64,000 bases of DNA from Camelus ferus (GCF_009834535.1 NC_045697.1:27220001-27284000); one strand, 5' to 3'; positions 24,588 to 38,959 are shown, numbered from the stretch's first letter. Program-made: numbers and translations. The notes: generated by a model from the sequence alone, not told the origin.

Positions 24588-27250
24588 TTTCATGCTGCGG
24601 GTCTTTAAATTATATAAAAACCCATTAACGGAACCGTCAGCAATAATAAATTATTGGCAGTTCTCTTTGGTGTAATGCTTAACTAGCCCTCTTATAAGAC
24701 CTAACATCTGAGATGGGAGAAAAACGCTTTGTACCAAAGAGACAGGCAGCCTTGAGTTCATAGCCCACCTTGCCTTGCAGCGCAAAGGGAGGAGGTGCTG
24801 AAATGGGGGCTGAGGAAGGCAGAGCCACGTGACATGCAGATGCCAGGGGAATGTTCTGTGGGGGCCTGACAGCGCTCTCTGCCTTCTCATCGCTAAACCT
24901 TTTTGGGAAAGACTGTCTGATTTGAATGTAGAGGTGGCAGCCCGTTGTCTCTTGGTGCCTAGAAAGAACACATCACAAGTTCATTCTGAGAGACTGACTT
25001 GCAGGAGGAAATAAATGCAGGCCATCCTGTATGGTTTTTTTATTCATGGTGTCCCTATGAAATAACAGCTGCTCTTTCCTTCAAGAAACATTGACAGTAC
25101 CTCTCATTTTATCTCATCAATTTAAGTCAATCATCATGCTATTAAGGGAAGGTATTGTTATTTCATAACATTGGAAACATGGTTTTTAAAATAAATGCTT
25201 TAAGTGACGAAACAAATGTGTCTATCCTACTTTGAAGGGATTTTGAAAGAATGGCATCTAAATCGTATTTACAGTTTCTACTTCCTAGAAGACTGCCTCT
25301 TCAGAGCTATTTGTGCGTTCGCTCGTGTGTTCACTGACTGACTCATGCTTGAATTGTGCTATGAGCCAGGCACTTTTCTGGTACTGGTAATGAACATGCA
25401 TTTGTGATCTCACAACTTAATCTGGCAGAGGAAATCCACATGGACACAGAAGATTGCTGCATTGCAGTCAGCAAGTATTTGAACTATGGGCAAGCAGTAC
25501 TGTGATGTCTCCTCTTGGACTTGACTTTTTCAAGAACATCATATTCAAATTCCTAACCTTTTTGTTCAAAACCATTTGACTCTGGGAGGCTATTTGCATG
25601 CCATTTTCCTACATCATCCCTTGTTCCATCCTTGCTACAAGCATACTTACGGAGAGTAACTCAACTATGGAAAGCAAGACATCACAGACAGGAAGTTTAA
25701 AATAACATCACTTCTGAAAACTTGTCCATGTAATCAAGGGCAGTAACTGCTCAGATTCACTGGAAGAGAAACAGCTGTCTGGAGAGGTGAGGTGGCCCCT
25801 GACGTGAGTGCGTAATGACCAGGGTGGAGAGCAGTGTTGGGGGAACTGGTTTCTGGTGACCTGGCTTCCTTGCGTAGGTCCCTGAAGTGAAAGTTTGCGA
25901 AACAGCTAGCCACTTCCTGTTCACATCCAGTGAAAGCCACGTTGGTGTTTGGTGCAAATTTGGTTCAGAATTGACTTGGGGACACAAGACCCAAGAGCCA
26001 GCTCCAGGTCAGATTAAACATTTGAAACTATTTCAAAATAGCATCGTGCAACTTCCAAAGGGAAGCTAGGGTGCCAGTTTACAGAGATGACAAGGCCTGG
26101 TTGCATCCTTAAAGTGCATTGTTCTAAACTATTTCACCTTAACTATTTTTTTTTAATTTCTAGGTGGCAAGAGTGAGGTGTAGCTCCAGATCTAATAAGT
26201 GTTCCTAAAACATAAGTAAACTTTCGGTGGAGGCTTGAGGAAATTACCTCCTTTGCTGATTCAGCAGGCTTCCTTGTTATTTTTCCCTTCTGAACACTGT
26301 CAGTTCATTCCCTGAGGTGGAATCATCGACCCTCTGCCCTCTGAAAGCGTCTTTATGCTCGAGGCTGTAATGGCCCTAGTGTAGGACTAGACTTCCCTCC
26401 CGAGTTCCAACTCTGTATTAACACCTGCCTCCTAGGACTGTCCTACTCAGATATCCTCAAATCACGTTGAGTGTAGCCCAGCCCGAAATCACTTTTTCCT
26501 ATTCAGTTAGTTCCCCTCCAGTCTTCTCTGGACACCACTCCAAAACACCTACACAGAACCTCCAATGACTTTACTATTTGACTTGCACCTTTTCCTTTTT
26601 AAACTTAGGGAGAATTTCAAACATACAAAGCCTAGTACAATGGCCCCCAAGTACCCGTCACTCAGCTATAGCAAATACTCCATTCACGGCTAATCCTGTT
26701 ACATCTAAATCTCCCTTGGTCTCCGTCCATCTACAGGGCAATTCTGAAGCATGTCATCAGTTATCCAGTCAGTGTGCCAATCTCTCCATTTGTCTCATAT
26801 GTGTTGTTTACTCTGCTTGAATCAGGGGTCAAATAGTATCCAGTTACTGCTCTTGGTTGACAGGTCTCTTAAAATCTCTCTTAATCTATAAATTCGTATT
26901 TTTTTCTTTTCCTTCTTAAATGTATTCCAAACAACCAAATGGTTTGTCCTGTAGGGTTTCCCACATTTTGAATTTTGCTGGCTGCCTCCTCATGGTGTGT
27001 TTCACATATTTCCCTATGCCTTACATGTCCTGTAAAGCGGTATGGAAGATGGAGAAGCGTGATCTGATACAGGTTTGAATTCTTTTGATAGGAGTTGGGG
27101 AGTGACGGCACTCCCACCATGTCTAGTTGTTTTCCAAGTCCCATGGACTAGTTACCATCTGTCAGTTTGCCCACTCCTGCTCTGTGCTGTATAATAAAAG
27201 GGGAATCAGGTAAATGGCAATAGGGCTTCATTAAAAAGAGGGATGAATCA

Positions 27251-27354
27251 GGGGGAGGGTATAGCTTAGTGGTAGAGTGCGTGCCTATCATGCACAAGGT
27301 CCTGGGTTCAATCCCCAGCACCTCCGCTAGAAAAATAAGTAACATCCGCCCCCA
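27251..27354 (+). mobile_element. tRNA-Ala-derived SINE (Vic-1-like)
   Basis: A/B boxes; perfect 18-bp TSD aaaaagagggatgaatca at 27233-27250 and 27355-27372. Confidence 0.95.
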
Positions 27355-30300
27355 AAAAAGAGGGATGAATCAATGTATCCAGTGTCCTTACACAATCCTG
27401 CAAGACAGCTGGAGGCAGACCTCCCACAGGAGGGGGCGGTAGGAGCTGATGAGCTATTTCAGTCAGAACTCACTCATAGCTCACAGTAACCTTGATGACA
27501 GCTTACCCAATGCTCTTACAGAGCTCTCTTGGGCTCGGGGTGAGTTCAAAGAAAGGGATTTGATGCACTAGGTTCTTGGTGATTCCTTTTAATTGAATAT
27601 TTGCTGGTTCTGGAACAAAATTACATTTTTGTGTCAAGTTATGAAGACCAACAATCGGAGAAATGTGAGCCAGGTGCAAGAATCCACAGAGAGCTGATGC
27701 AGGCTTTGCTTGAGTGGACCAACTGCATGGTGGATGTAAGCACAAGGCAGCGGAAAGAGGACCATCTCCCTTCAGACTGCATGTGCTCTGGTATGCAACC
27801 CCGAATGGGAACAAAAATCTTTGTTAAGATCTCAAGAGATTTAAATGAGGTTGAGTTCGTGTGGCTCTTTGAGAAGGATGGTCTCATTTGAGATCTACAT
27901 CCTATGTCTCTTCAGAGAGTATGCATTTAGCAACTTCTGTGAGAAGGATGCTGGACAGAAAACTGTTAAATTACATGATGCCATGAAATTTGTTCTGGAG
28001 TACAGATTTCTGTGGCAAGCAACAAAAACCAATTTCACAAAATGAGATAAAGAAAAAGATTCTAAAAGAAGTCTGGGAAGTCACCTAGAGTTTGGTCGAG
28101 GGTGCTTATCATTTACTCTCTGCCATCAATATCATCTCGATCTTCAGTAACAGAAAAAAGATGAGAGAGTTCTGTTTCTTTGAGAATCACCAGTTAGCAA
28201 CACAAGTCAAAGGCTGACTTGACTGATGAGTGGAAACTTAAATGAATAGAAAAATGCAGTTACAGTTGAATGGACTGAACTTGTGGAGAAAACAGACCCC
28301 AAGTTCGTGGCCAAAGTATCTGCTTTATTTGGGAGAATCTTACCTAGGCCATTTTCTGAATTTAGAAAAATCAAAAAGATGAAGAAGTTGAAATAGCCTG
28401 CATTTGCAAACAAATGGTTGCATACTAGACACTTCTGTTCTACATCTGCCTTTTACCCCCTAGTTAGAGGAAGGACCTTTAAGAGGTTTCCAATTTTTTG
28501 CTAACATAACATAGCAATGAATAATATTGTGTGTGTGTATAATTTTCCCTCTCATTCTAGTATAGGACAAACACTACTTTAACAGCTAACGTACATCCTT
28601 GTTGAAAGAATGGCAAGAGATGACGTTGGTAAGAACACCTCATAAACTGCAATGTGTTAAGTATTACTGTCTTTGGAAATGAACACATCAGATTAATAAA
28701 CCATGTTTCATAATTGCCCATTCAGTGTTTGCAGCTCTGTTTTTAAAAAATCAGTATCTTTTTGCTGCCCTCATTTCCCAGATGGTGACAGTAATTTTTA
28801 AAAGGAAAAAAAACAAAAACAAAAACAAAAACAACGGTATCATTTCTAGGATGTGCCAGCTACAATTCACTGGGTTCCGGTTATGGGCTCTAAAGCCAGA
28901 CCACCTGACTTTCAATTCCAACTCCCTTACTTTCTAACTATGTGATGTTGGGCAAATTTCTTAGCATCTCTAAACCTCAATTCCCTTATTTGTAATGGGG
29001 ATGAAATCCATTCATTTGTTGCAGAATACTTGCTAGTGGTGTTTCGATTGTCTTAGATCATAGAGGACACTAATTGATGATCAGAGAGAAATCTGACATT
29101 GTCAGCAGAAAAGTATCACCTGTTGGAGAAAATACACATGGGGGACTATGCCCCGTGGATGACCTACATGTGGACAAATTATTGTTCCTACCTATAAGGA
29201 GATAAAAGTTTGGGGAAATGAGACTCACACAGGACCTATGGGAATTATTGAAGAAAATATGGATTAATTATTTTGTAATCTTGGAGTGTAATCTTTCTAA
29301 CCATGACTCAAGTTATAAAGAAAGAATTGAAAAATTTGCGTACATAAAATAAAATCTTTTGCCCAATGATAAACTGGGCAAAAATGTTTGCAACTTTTAT
29401 CACGAAGGGCTTCACTTCCTAATGTACAAACAGCCCCTAGATATTAATGACAAAAAAGATCAACAACCCAATAGAAAACAGGGCAAATGATAAAGAAAGA
29501 TAGTCCCCAGAAAAGGAAACACAAATGGCTCTTAAATATGTTTAAAGTGTTCAGGATAATTTTTTTACCCCTCTTTGTTTCCTGTGGCATTTTAGTTGTA
29601 CATTCAGTTTCTTTTTTTTTTTTTTTTGTAGTTACTCTTAGAATCTTAACATATTTTCTTAATCACGTCTAAAGTTAGTATCTCTAACCTCTACCCAGTA
29701 TTATTTATACTGAAAATTTAATTTTTGCTTAGATAGTACATTCAAGTGGAAGAAAATTCAAAATGTGCAAAAGGTATATAGACAGTGAATTATCTCTAGT
29801 CTACCATTATTCACAGCCACTCGGGTCCTATGCATGAAGGCAATCATCTTTGCCAGTTTCAGTTGTATTCTTCCAAAGATCTTGTATATAAAACAATGAC
29901 GTAATAGAGTCTTTTATTTTGATTTATTTTATCCAAATGGTAGGATGCTGTACACACTGTTCTACACTCTGCTTTTTTCACTTACCAGTTGTGAAAAAGT
30001 GTTTTAATGTTTACAATTATTCACTGCTTTCTCTGTAGATGGAGCTTTTGAGAAATCCACATTCATTGTTATAACCCACTGACATTTGCAGTTGTTAATA
30101 AAGAAAAATCTGACTCATGTAGAAATAAGTCTATTCTATATCACACTTGGAAATATATTTTGATGGCCAAATAATATTCCAATGTATGGATGTAATGCAA
30201 TCTAGGTAATCATTTCCCCTACTGATGAATATTGATGTTGTTGCTAATTTGTGCTCTTTTAAACAACGCAGCAGTGAATAACCTGGGCACGGATCATTTC

Positions 30301-31996
30301 ACATGAGAGTGTATCTGTGAGATAATCCACCTAAGTTTTAAAACCCTTAAGAATTAGTTAGTTTTTTAAATTTTTCCTGTTTTACTGAGATGTGATTGAT
30401 GTACAGGACTGTATAGGTTTAAGGTGTATAGCATAATGATTTGATTTACATGCATAATGAATTGATTTACATTCATACTGAAGTGATTACCACAATAAGT
30501 TTAGTGAAGATTCATCACCTCATCAAAATTGTGATTTGTGAAAGTTAATGCCAATGTAGGTTCACCAACTCTTTGCTACTTTGATTCATCTGTCCTAACC
30601 CTTCTTGCCGAAGCACATATTTTAGAGGCTGTTTTTAGTCTTGGCCTGAAAATCTCATTAGTCGCCCTCACTCATCGGTAATAGTTCTGCCAGGTAGCTC
30701 TAAGTTGATGTTTATTTTTCCTAGCACTTTGAAGTCACAGTTGAATTATATTCTGACCTTTTTAGCTTAGGACCACAAGTACGCTGTTATTTAGCTGTCA
30801 TCTCTTTGAAGACAGTTTTTGTTTTTTTTTTAAATTTCTGATTGCTTTTTTAAATCGTGTTTTTATTCTCGAGTAAAATACTTGTAAATAAATTGCACAA
30901 AATCTTAAATGTGCAGCTCAGTGACTTTTCAGATTTTATACTTCGATCAAAACATAAGGATATAAACTGTGTTCAGTATCTCAAAGGTACCCTCATGCCC
31001 TTTTCGATTGGGACCCTTTTCCCTTCAACCCCCAGAGAGAACCACTATTTAACAGCTGGCACCATGGATTCGTGTCTCCTGCTCTTGAACTTCATATAAG
31101 TGCGATTGTATTTTTTGCTCAATATTTGATCACTTTCAAGACTTTTTTTTTTTTTGCTCTTTGGTGTTTTGCCATTTCAGTATGATATGAGGTTTCTATA
31201 GTCACTGTTTCCCATTTCTTTATCTCTGCCTTGCCTTCTCAGCGGGAACTGGAACTATCTTCCCATTCACTAATCTCTAGTTAGCTTTTTCTAATTTGCT
31301 ATTCAAGCCTTCTTTGGAATTTCAAATTTCAGTGTTGTTTCTTTTTTAAAAACTTCTAGAAGTTCTATTTGATGTCTTTTCAAATCTACCTTTTCTTTAC
31401 TATTAGTGTCCCATTCCATCTTCTTGGTTCCCATTTTTGGTTTTTGTTTATGAATAACTGTTACTATGCTGGCTTTAGTCTCTCAGCTTGTTCTGTAAAG
31501 TGCTTGAGATGCCATTTTCCAGTTTGTCGCGTGGGTTGACTGGCCAACACAGTGGATTGTTTTCTCATGTTGGTGAATTTGCTTGTTTTTCTTTTCAGCA
31601 GTGGGCTTTTTTTTTCCTTCTGTTTTTATTTCTTTTCATTTGTGGGAGTCCCTTGTGCCCTACGTTATAAAAATGTTATGACAAAGCGATTTTATACTTA
31701 TTTCTGCAAGGTCCCAGGAGTTTCACTGTTTTGTTTCTGTTGGGTTTGTTTTTACCTATTTTTTTGTTCTGTTTTGTGATCTTTCTTTTAATGGTTAATT
31801 GCCTTGCATGTCTATAATTCCAGTTATTAATTAATCATAAGATACTATTTATGTGTAAATAATACATTTCAAAAAGATTTTTATAAATTTATATCTGGTG
31901 ACATAGTGCTACCCAAACAACTAACCAGTTGATCTTAAAATTGATATGAAAGAGTAAAGGGTAACAATAAACAAAATAATACTGAAGGAGAAATAA

Positions 31997-32494
31997 TGTT
32001 GGGAGAGAATGCTCTGTTGGTCTCGCATTCCTGCACATCTCCTCAGCAGATGCTCTGACAGATTTTTTTCCTGACTATCTTTTCAAAGATGTTTGTATAG
32101 CAAATAGCTTTGGAAGATAGAGATGGTGTTCCTTTCCAGGGCATGGGTAAGATTTGTTTGATGTCCAGGATATTTAAGAAGCATCTCCGTCTGAGGAAAA
32201 GGACAGGCAAGTTTGCTAGCATCCCCCTTTAAAGTTTGGGGTTTCCCAGGCATGGGTTCCTCACAGTGACATGTGCAGAATTCATCTCAGCTCTTCCGCA
32301 TCACACTTGGGACTTGAGGGCAAGAGTTACTGAGGTGAACATGAAGTTTATGCTGCCTGCTGTGCCGTGAGCAATGAAGTCCTCTGCTTCTGACTCACCA
32401 GCCTCAAATGTCTCCTACTTGTATTCGTGAGTCAGTGACAGGCTAACTTAGCTTGCAAACAGATCAAGTCTCAGACTCTTCACAGTTCATAACA
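31997..32494 (+). mobile_element. Solo LTR, probably ERV1 class
   Basis: tgt...aca termini, near 4-bp TSD ataa/atag, shares blocks with 51705-52101. Confidence 0.75.
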
Positions 32495-32499
32495 ATAGG

Positions 32500-33145
32500 A
32501 AGAGGGGAATTGTGCTGCCAAATACTAGGATTTTATAAAGATACGGTAAATAAATTTGACAAAGAGATGGACAAATAAACTAATGGAAAGAAATAATAAA
32601 TAAGCACATGTATATAGAAGAAATTGGTATATGACCAATGTGGCACCATAAGTCTGTAAGGAAAGCACTCCTGAGTAGAAAATTCTGGAACAATTGGCTA
32701 TCCAGATGGAAAACCTAAAATTAGATCCCTACCTCAAACCATATTCAAAACTATGTGGAAAAGTAAATCGCAGTTGGATTCAGGATCTAAATATGAACAA
32801 CACTTTAAAAAATTCTAGAAGTTAATTGTAGGAAATTGTCTCTATGATATCATGGTAGAGAAGGGGTTCTTTAGGAGATACAAAAAGCCCAAACCATAAG
32901 GCAAAAGACTACCACATTCAGGGGGGAGGGTATAGCTCGAGTGGTAGAGCTCATGCCTAGCATATACAGGGTCCTAGATTCAGTCCCCAGTATCTCTTCT
33001 AAAAATAAATAAATATGGAAACCTAATTACCCTCAAAATTAAAAAAAAAAATTTAATTAAAAAAAAAGAATACTACATTTGTATAACGAAAGCCAGTGTA
33101 AACAATGAAAAGACAACCCAGTCTGGGAGAAGATATTTGTAACCT
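32500..33145 (+). mobile_element. Old degraded L1 ORF2 fragment carrying a SINE insertion
   Basis: aaaattagatccctacctca, gtctgggagaagatatttgtaac motifs. Confidence 0.7.
32921..33066 (+). mobile_element. tRNA-Ala-derived SINE (Vic-1-like), long form
   Basis: ggggggagggtatagctcgagtggtagag...acctaattacc, A-tail, decayed TSD. Confidence 0.9.
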
Positions 33146-33435
33146 CTGACCCCCAGCCCACCCCCAACCCCATCCCTACTCAGTGTCAAACTACAAGCTT
33201 CCTTAATTCTGGACCAAGGAGTAACTTTTTTTCTAGTTCCCCTCTCACAGAGATACAGTCCTTTTCATGTGTCTTGGACTCGAAGGGATAAGATAGGACC
33301 ATGAATAAAAACAAGAGACTTGAAAAAAGAATGCAATAGAGCTTTAAAGGGAGAAAAAATTTAAAAAAAAGACAACCGAGTCAGTTCCAACTTCCTGCCT
33401 CCTATCAGCCCAGGTCCACATTTCCAGGTGCCCTT

Positions 33436-33499
33436 GTGTGGGTGTGTGTGTGTGTAGGTGTGTGTGTCTGTGGGTGTGTGTGTCTGTGTGTGTGTCTGT

Positions 33500-33530
<31 letters not shown>

Positions 33531-33531
33531 G
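33436..33531. repeat. Compound (TG)n(AG)n microsatellite
   Basis: Read directly. Confidence 0.95.
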
Positions 33532-34724
33532 ATTAAACCCCTGGGGACTTCAGGGGCTGCTTTCTGCTCTTCCCAGTTCACCAAGGAAAATTCTTTTAAT
33601 ACTTAGGAAATTCTCTTTTCCTTCTTTGGAGTGCAACTCTGTATTTAAAAACTTTTTGCTCTATTTTGTCTAGCACTAAGGTCCACTTGAATTGTGAGCC
33701 TTCTCCACACCTGTGCAGTCCACAGGCTTCCAGAACTGGCCCATCCCTGACCATGCTTTCCTGCACACCCTGCTGGTTCCCAGCAAAATCTCATTTTAGG
33801 GAAACAGGACTTGAAGGAGTTTTGAAAGACTTCTAAGTTGTTAAATTTCAGCTTGAAAAATGTTCCTGGCTTTGGAGAAGTTTTCCTGTCCTTGCTGGAA
33901 AAACCTTGACCATTTAAAAGAGAAAAATGTTTCCGACTTTTTCTTTACAGCAATCATGATAACTGCTTATGAAGCGGCATAAATGCTGAATTCCTGAAGT
34001 CACAGTTTCCAAAGAGATTGGGGTTATTTGAAATAGCCTATTAGGGTAGCATCCTGTTCTCGCTATAGATAGAAGAGGAAAGAAAGCTGGTAAGACCCAG
34101 AGAAGAAGGAAAAGGAGACACTGCAACTCTGAAATATAACAATAATGGCCTGCTCTACTACGTGCCAGATTCTGTTTTAAGTATTTTGCCTTTATTAGCT
34201 CACTAGTCCTACGGACAACATCGTAAGGTAAGGACTACCATTTTTATCCTCACCTTATGAGTGGTGACATTGAGAACCAACAGAAGTCAATTAAGTAATT
34301 TGCCCAAATTTACAAATCTGGGAAGTATCCATGGACCCTGAGGGTGGTCAGTGAGACAGGAATGGGGTCTTTCTCCAAAGCAGCATCCAAACCTAAAGGG
34401 GCTTCTATGGTTATGGAGCATTAAAGGGAAATTTAACACAGATTTGTGGGGTCTTGTCACTGGTTATAGGAAGAACTGAGCTGTGATGATTGGTAGCTGA
34501 TGTTGAGGTACAGGGGCGATCGTGTTGCATGCCAAATGTAAATAGAATTCTGAAGCCCAGGACAGATAACATGACACCAAGAAAATACTCACAACTCAAA
34601 AGAATCTTTCTGGGTGCTAAGAAGAGCTGTAGATGTTATCGTAATACACTGTGTGCATCTTGGAGAACTTGGAATTTGGGAAAATTGCCAGGAAATACAG
34701 ATTTGGAAAATACATTACCCACCT

Positions 34725-34900
34725 GTATTAGTTAGCTTTTCCTGCGTAAGAACCCACCCCCAAAATGAGTAGCTTAAGGCAATAACCAATTAATTAGCAT
34801 ATGCTGTGGATTGGCAATGTGGCCTGGGCTGAGATACACAGTTCTGCTTTGGGGCAGGCTTAACTGGGCTTGGTTGAGGCTCACTCATCCTGTGTTTGCA
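34725..34900 (-). mobile_element. MaLR (MLT1-like) LTR fragment
   Basis: tgtattagttagcttt...ccaaaatgagtagcttaaggcaataacc. Confidence 0.65.
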
Positions 34901-35549
34901 GGATAAAGAATAGATAAGAGATGAGTGAAAGAATTACCAAGCGGTAGCAGAGCCTAGATAAGGTTGAGTGACTTGGAATTGTAAGGAAACTGAATAATCT
35001 TTTAACCTTTCCGTCCCTTCCTCCCTGTCTCCCTCCTTCCTTCTTTCTTTTCTTCCCTCCTGCCTTTCTTTCCTCAAGTTCTGATTCAATATTGAGGAAT
35101 AAGGCTGACTCTGTCCTGTATATGTATTTTAATACAGATGAGAGACCCCAAAATAAAGAGCAGAAATAAACTTTATTTTTAATATAAAGGCTTTGTCCAT
35201 AATAAAATAATGCACATTTATTATAGATAATTAGAAGAATATAAAAATATAAAAATTCAATGAAAATAATCATTTTTGTGCCCACCAGTAAAGTTGAAAT
35301 GAAAGGAATAGCAAGTGTTTCTCACCATCCGGGGGGGGGCCTTCTTAGGGGAGAGTAAATCTGTTTCAAACTGCTTTTCCAAATCAATGTTTTAATAAAT
35401 AAATACATGAAAAGTCCAGTTAACAGACAACATGGCATCGAAACCCTTGCTTTGCAGGGTTCCCACACTGCAGCATCTGCTGTGTGGTAAGAGCTCCACC
35501 AAGGAGCCCAAGTCACACCCATCCTGCCTTCTTGTCGCTTAAAGAACTG

Positions 35550-35954
35550 GTGCAAGAGGCCGCATGGATGTGGACAAAGTTGCACAGGCCACTTAGAACT
35601 TCTTCCCTCCTTGCTTGGTGGTGAAGGTCATCAAAGGTCGTGACCTCCAGTTGACCCACCCCTTGCTCTGTCCATGGAATGTGCATTCTGCCTGCCTTCC
35701 CTGAACAAGCTTCCACAAGGACACAGCCTTGAGATAGTAACGTGTTGTAGAGACCAGCTGACGCCAGGTGAGGCCTCTACGTTAACTTTTAAGATTCTGA
35801 TGGGCAGGTACAGAGACCTGCTGGTCTTGTGGTTGCCCGGGACCAGCCCCTGTGTAAGTTCCCTTGCTTATTAAAACCCCACCTATGGGAGTGGCCTGCC
35901 CCTTTCTTTGGTTTCTCTTTGCCCTTGTGTTTGGGGCCATTTTATGAACCAACA
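35550..35954 (+). mobile_element. Probable solo LTR
   Basis: LTR-like layout with attaaa signal and U5-like pyrimidine stretch ending ...accaaca. Confidence 0.5.
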
Positions 35955-36419
35955 CTGCCAGGTCAATGCCCTTCAGTTTAGCCTGTCTTCTCCTCTCTGT
36001 TAAAATTGTGCTCCCAAAGACGAGGGCATTCTAAATGCCCCATTTCTCCAGACCACATTCCCCTTGACTTCCCAGGAGCTCTTAACCTGAGGTCAAAGTT
36101 ACTCCAATGATTCTGTACATAGAATGCAGAGTCAGCGAACTTGGATGGAAAATTTTTAATTTAAAGTTACTTCTAGTAGTTCTAACCAGAATTTAGACTT
36201 TCCTTTGATGATGAATGCAGGCAACAAAGCACTTGATTTTTTATCACCAGTCCCCGTGACTTTGTCATCAATAGAAATCACCTATTTTCATGTCACATTT
36301 CTGTTGTCACAGGTACCCTAGATTATCATGTATAATCATCACTACAAAACCATGGAGTAATTAGACCTGTGGCCAGATTTGTTATTTACTATGTTAATTA
36401 ACGAAGCACGTATTAACCT

Positions 36420-36780
36420 CTGATCTGATATATGGTTTGCAAATGTTTTCCTTCATTCCATAGGTTGCCTTTTCATTTTGTTGACAATTTCTTTTGCTGT
36501 GCAGGAACTTTTTAGTTTGATATAGTAGTTCTTACATTTTTCAATGATTGAAAAAAATCTTTTTAAGAATCATATTTCTGGATATGCAAAAATTCATGAC
36601 ATTCCAGTGGCAGTGTCCAGACTCACTAGGACACAGCCATCCTCATTGCTTCCCTGTTGTTGTGGCTACTTTTGCCTAACAATGACAAAGACAGAATTTG
36701 GGACAGAGTTCAAATGGCCTGCAAAGGCTAAAATATTTGCTAAATGGGCCTTTAAGAAAAGTTTGTTGACCCTGAATTAG
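36420..36780 (-). mobile_element. Short L1 ORF2 fragment abutting a MER58B-like fragment
   Basis: atatggtttgcaaatgttttc...ctgtgcaggaactttttagtttg then gcctgcaaaggctaaaatattt...aaaagtttgttgaccc. Confidence 0.6.
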
Positions 36781-38959
36781 AAAAGCGTAAGGGTCCTGAG
36801 GACAGGGAGGACGCCTCATATTTCTTTCCATCACCTCAGTGCCTAGCTCAGGTCCGCAGAAAGAATCACTAAACGACAAAGCTGTCTACTGCTTGAAAAG
36901 ACTCTTCTAAGCCCTCTGTGGTACAGACCTGCCAGTCTGGAAATCTTGGTAAATTCTACCTCCCCCTTCATTTTTTGCTCCAAGCTTCAAATTTAAGGAC
37001 TCAAGTTATTTTCCTTTGAATAGTAGGATAACTTCCTCTTACACTTTATATTTAGCAACAGGAAAATGGGAAGAGGGCCAAAGGTCTCTAGCTCAGCTTT
37101 ACGTTAAAGGAAATTACTAAGTAATGAAGCAAGTGCCCACTATGATGCTTTTGCACAACACAAATTCCTAAGCAATAGAAAAGGTGAACCGCAGCACAGT
37201 TCTTCAATACGTACTGATCCCGGGAACCTTGGTTCAGTTCAATGGGCACTCCCCCAAGCTATGGGGGTCAGAGGGCCCAGCGGAAGCACAAGCCTCCCAC
37301 AGAACACCCTGCAACAAGTCAGGTTATTCTGAAAGCCAGGGAAAGAACCAGACTCTCCTTTTGTCTTCTTAAAGCAGCAACAGCACAACCCTGGACAATA
37401 TCACCCTCAAAAACTGTCCTTTTAAGAGACAGTAAATATGGTACAGAGGAAAAGAATTAGGCTGGGAGGCAGGACATTTAGGTGAAAATTCCAATTTCTC
37501 CTCCAACAGGTTTTCTGCCTTAGAAAAACTCAAATACTCTAAGCCTAAATTGCTTCACGTGTATAATGAGGAAATGGGGGGAAATAACACTTACCTCTGA
37601 AGGCTGATGAGATTAAGCAAGAGGAGATGTAAGTTACAAAGCACTATACATCGTGCACTTGCAGATAACCTGCAGGTGGTGACAAATGAGAGCATTTGGC
37701 GCCGTGTGGAGCTGGAGGCCGTGCCAGGTGAGTTGATTCGTTCTTTGTCTGGTCATTCGTTCACTCATTCACTCATACATTCATTCATGCCTGCCACATC
37801 CCAGAAATGATTGCAGGGAGCTTGAATGCATCCAAGGCAACAACAAACTTAACAATAAGTAAGAAAATAAGATGAAGGGAAGAGAAAGTAGGGAAGGCTA
37901 AATGAAACCAGGAGGAAGGTAGGAAACCAGTGCTCTCAAGACTTTGGATTTTCTAAACCAGTAAAATTTCCCCCCAAACTGGGAAGTGACAGAAGCATGC
38001 GATCAGGTTCTTTTACCAGGTAAAGTCATTAAAAGACAAAAATAAAATAAGTAAACAAAGGCCCCTGCCATTGACGTGCACCATCACTTCATATAAGAAA
38101 GACTTTCTTTTGTTAATACCTACAAAGTGGGGAAAATGTGATCTCAGGATACAGAATAGTCCAGTTGAGGAAATTATGTGCTGTCGTTCATATTTCGTCT
38201 TGGATGGGTGAAAACTGGCACAAGCTGGCAATGGCTTAGAAAGGGCACTCGTGAATCACCGACTTTATACAAAATGACCTCAATATTTGTCAAGCAATGG
38301 ACCCTTTGAGCCCATTAGTCAGTCCAGGGATGGAGATGCCACTAGTTGCTCAAGGAAAGAAAAGTTATTCCTGGTAGAGCCCTGCGAGAAGCTACTTCCT
38401 GGATTCTCCTTAAAAAGACACTGTGTAAGGTATTAAACAACACCGCATACTGAATAGGGCATTTAAAAAAAATGTATTCCCCCAGTATGGGCAAATGGGA
38501 TAGTGTCGAAGTACAATTTGACCAAAGAAATCGTTTTGGCTACAGTCCAGGCAAACTGCTCTTCACTTGGGTTGATCTGATATAGAGCCTGATTTTAGGG
38601 ATACAGATTCTAGAAGGCCAATTGGACTGTACATCTTTCAGGCAGTTCTCCAAAATGGTCTTCACCTTGACCAAATTTTTGACAAATGTTGAGTGTGGAT
38701 GAGTTCTCGGTTGCTCCATGACTTTGCAATCCTTGAGCAGTATATCTGGAAATCTGATCCTATGTTGCTGGTTAAACAAGGAGTCACATGCTCTAACAAT
38801 CAGCTCACCTTGGGGAAGAACTGACGTATCTCTTAGGACAGCTGAGAAACTTGATGCGGGCACAAGGGGTAAACAGAGGGAAACCGAAAAAGTTTCTAAT
38901 CTAAGGGAAGTATTATGTAGACATTCAATGAACTCACAAATGTCATGAATTACAAGTTA

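Noticed and set aside
27601..28045. Adjacent protein-like ORFs suggesting a processed pseudogene
   Set aside because: No recognisable homology, poly(A) or TSD; the 3' part looks like a decayed MaLR end. A tblastx search would settle it
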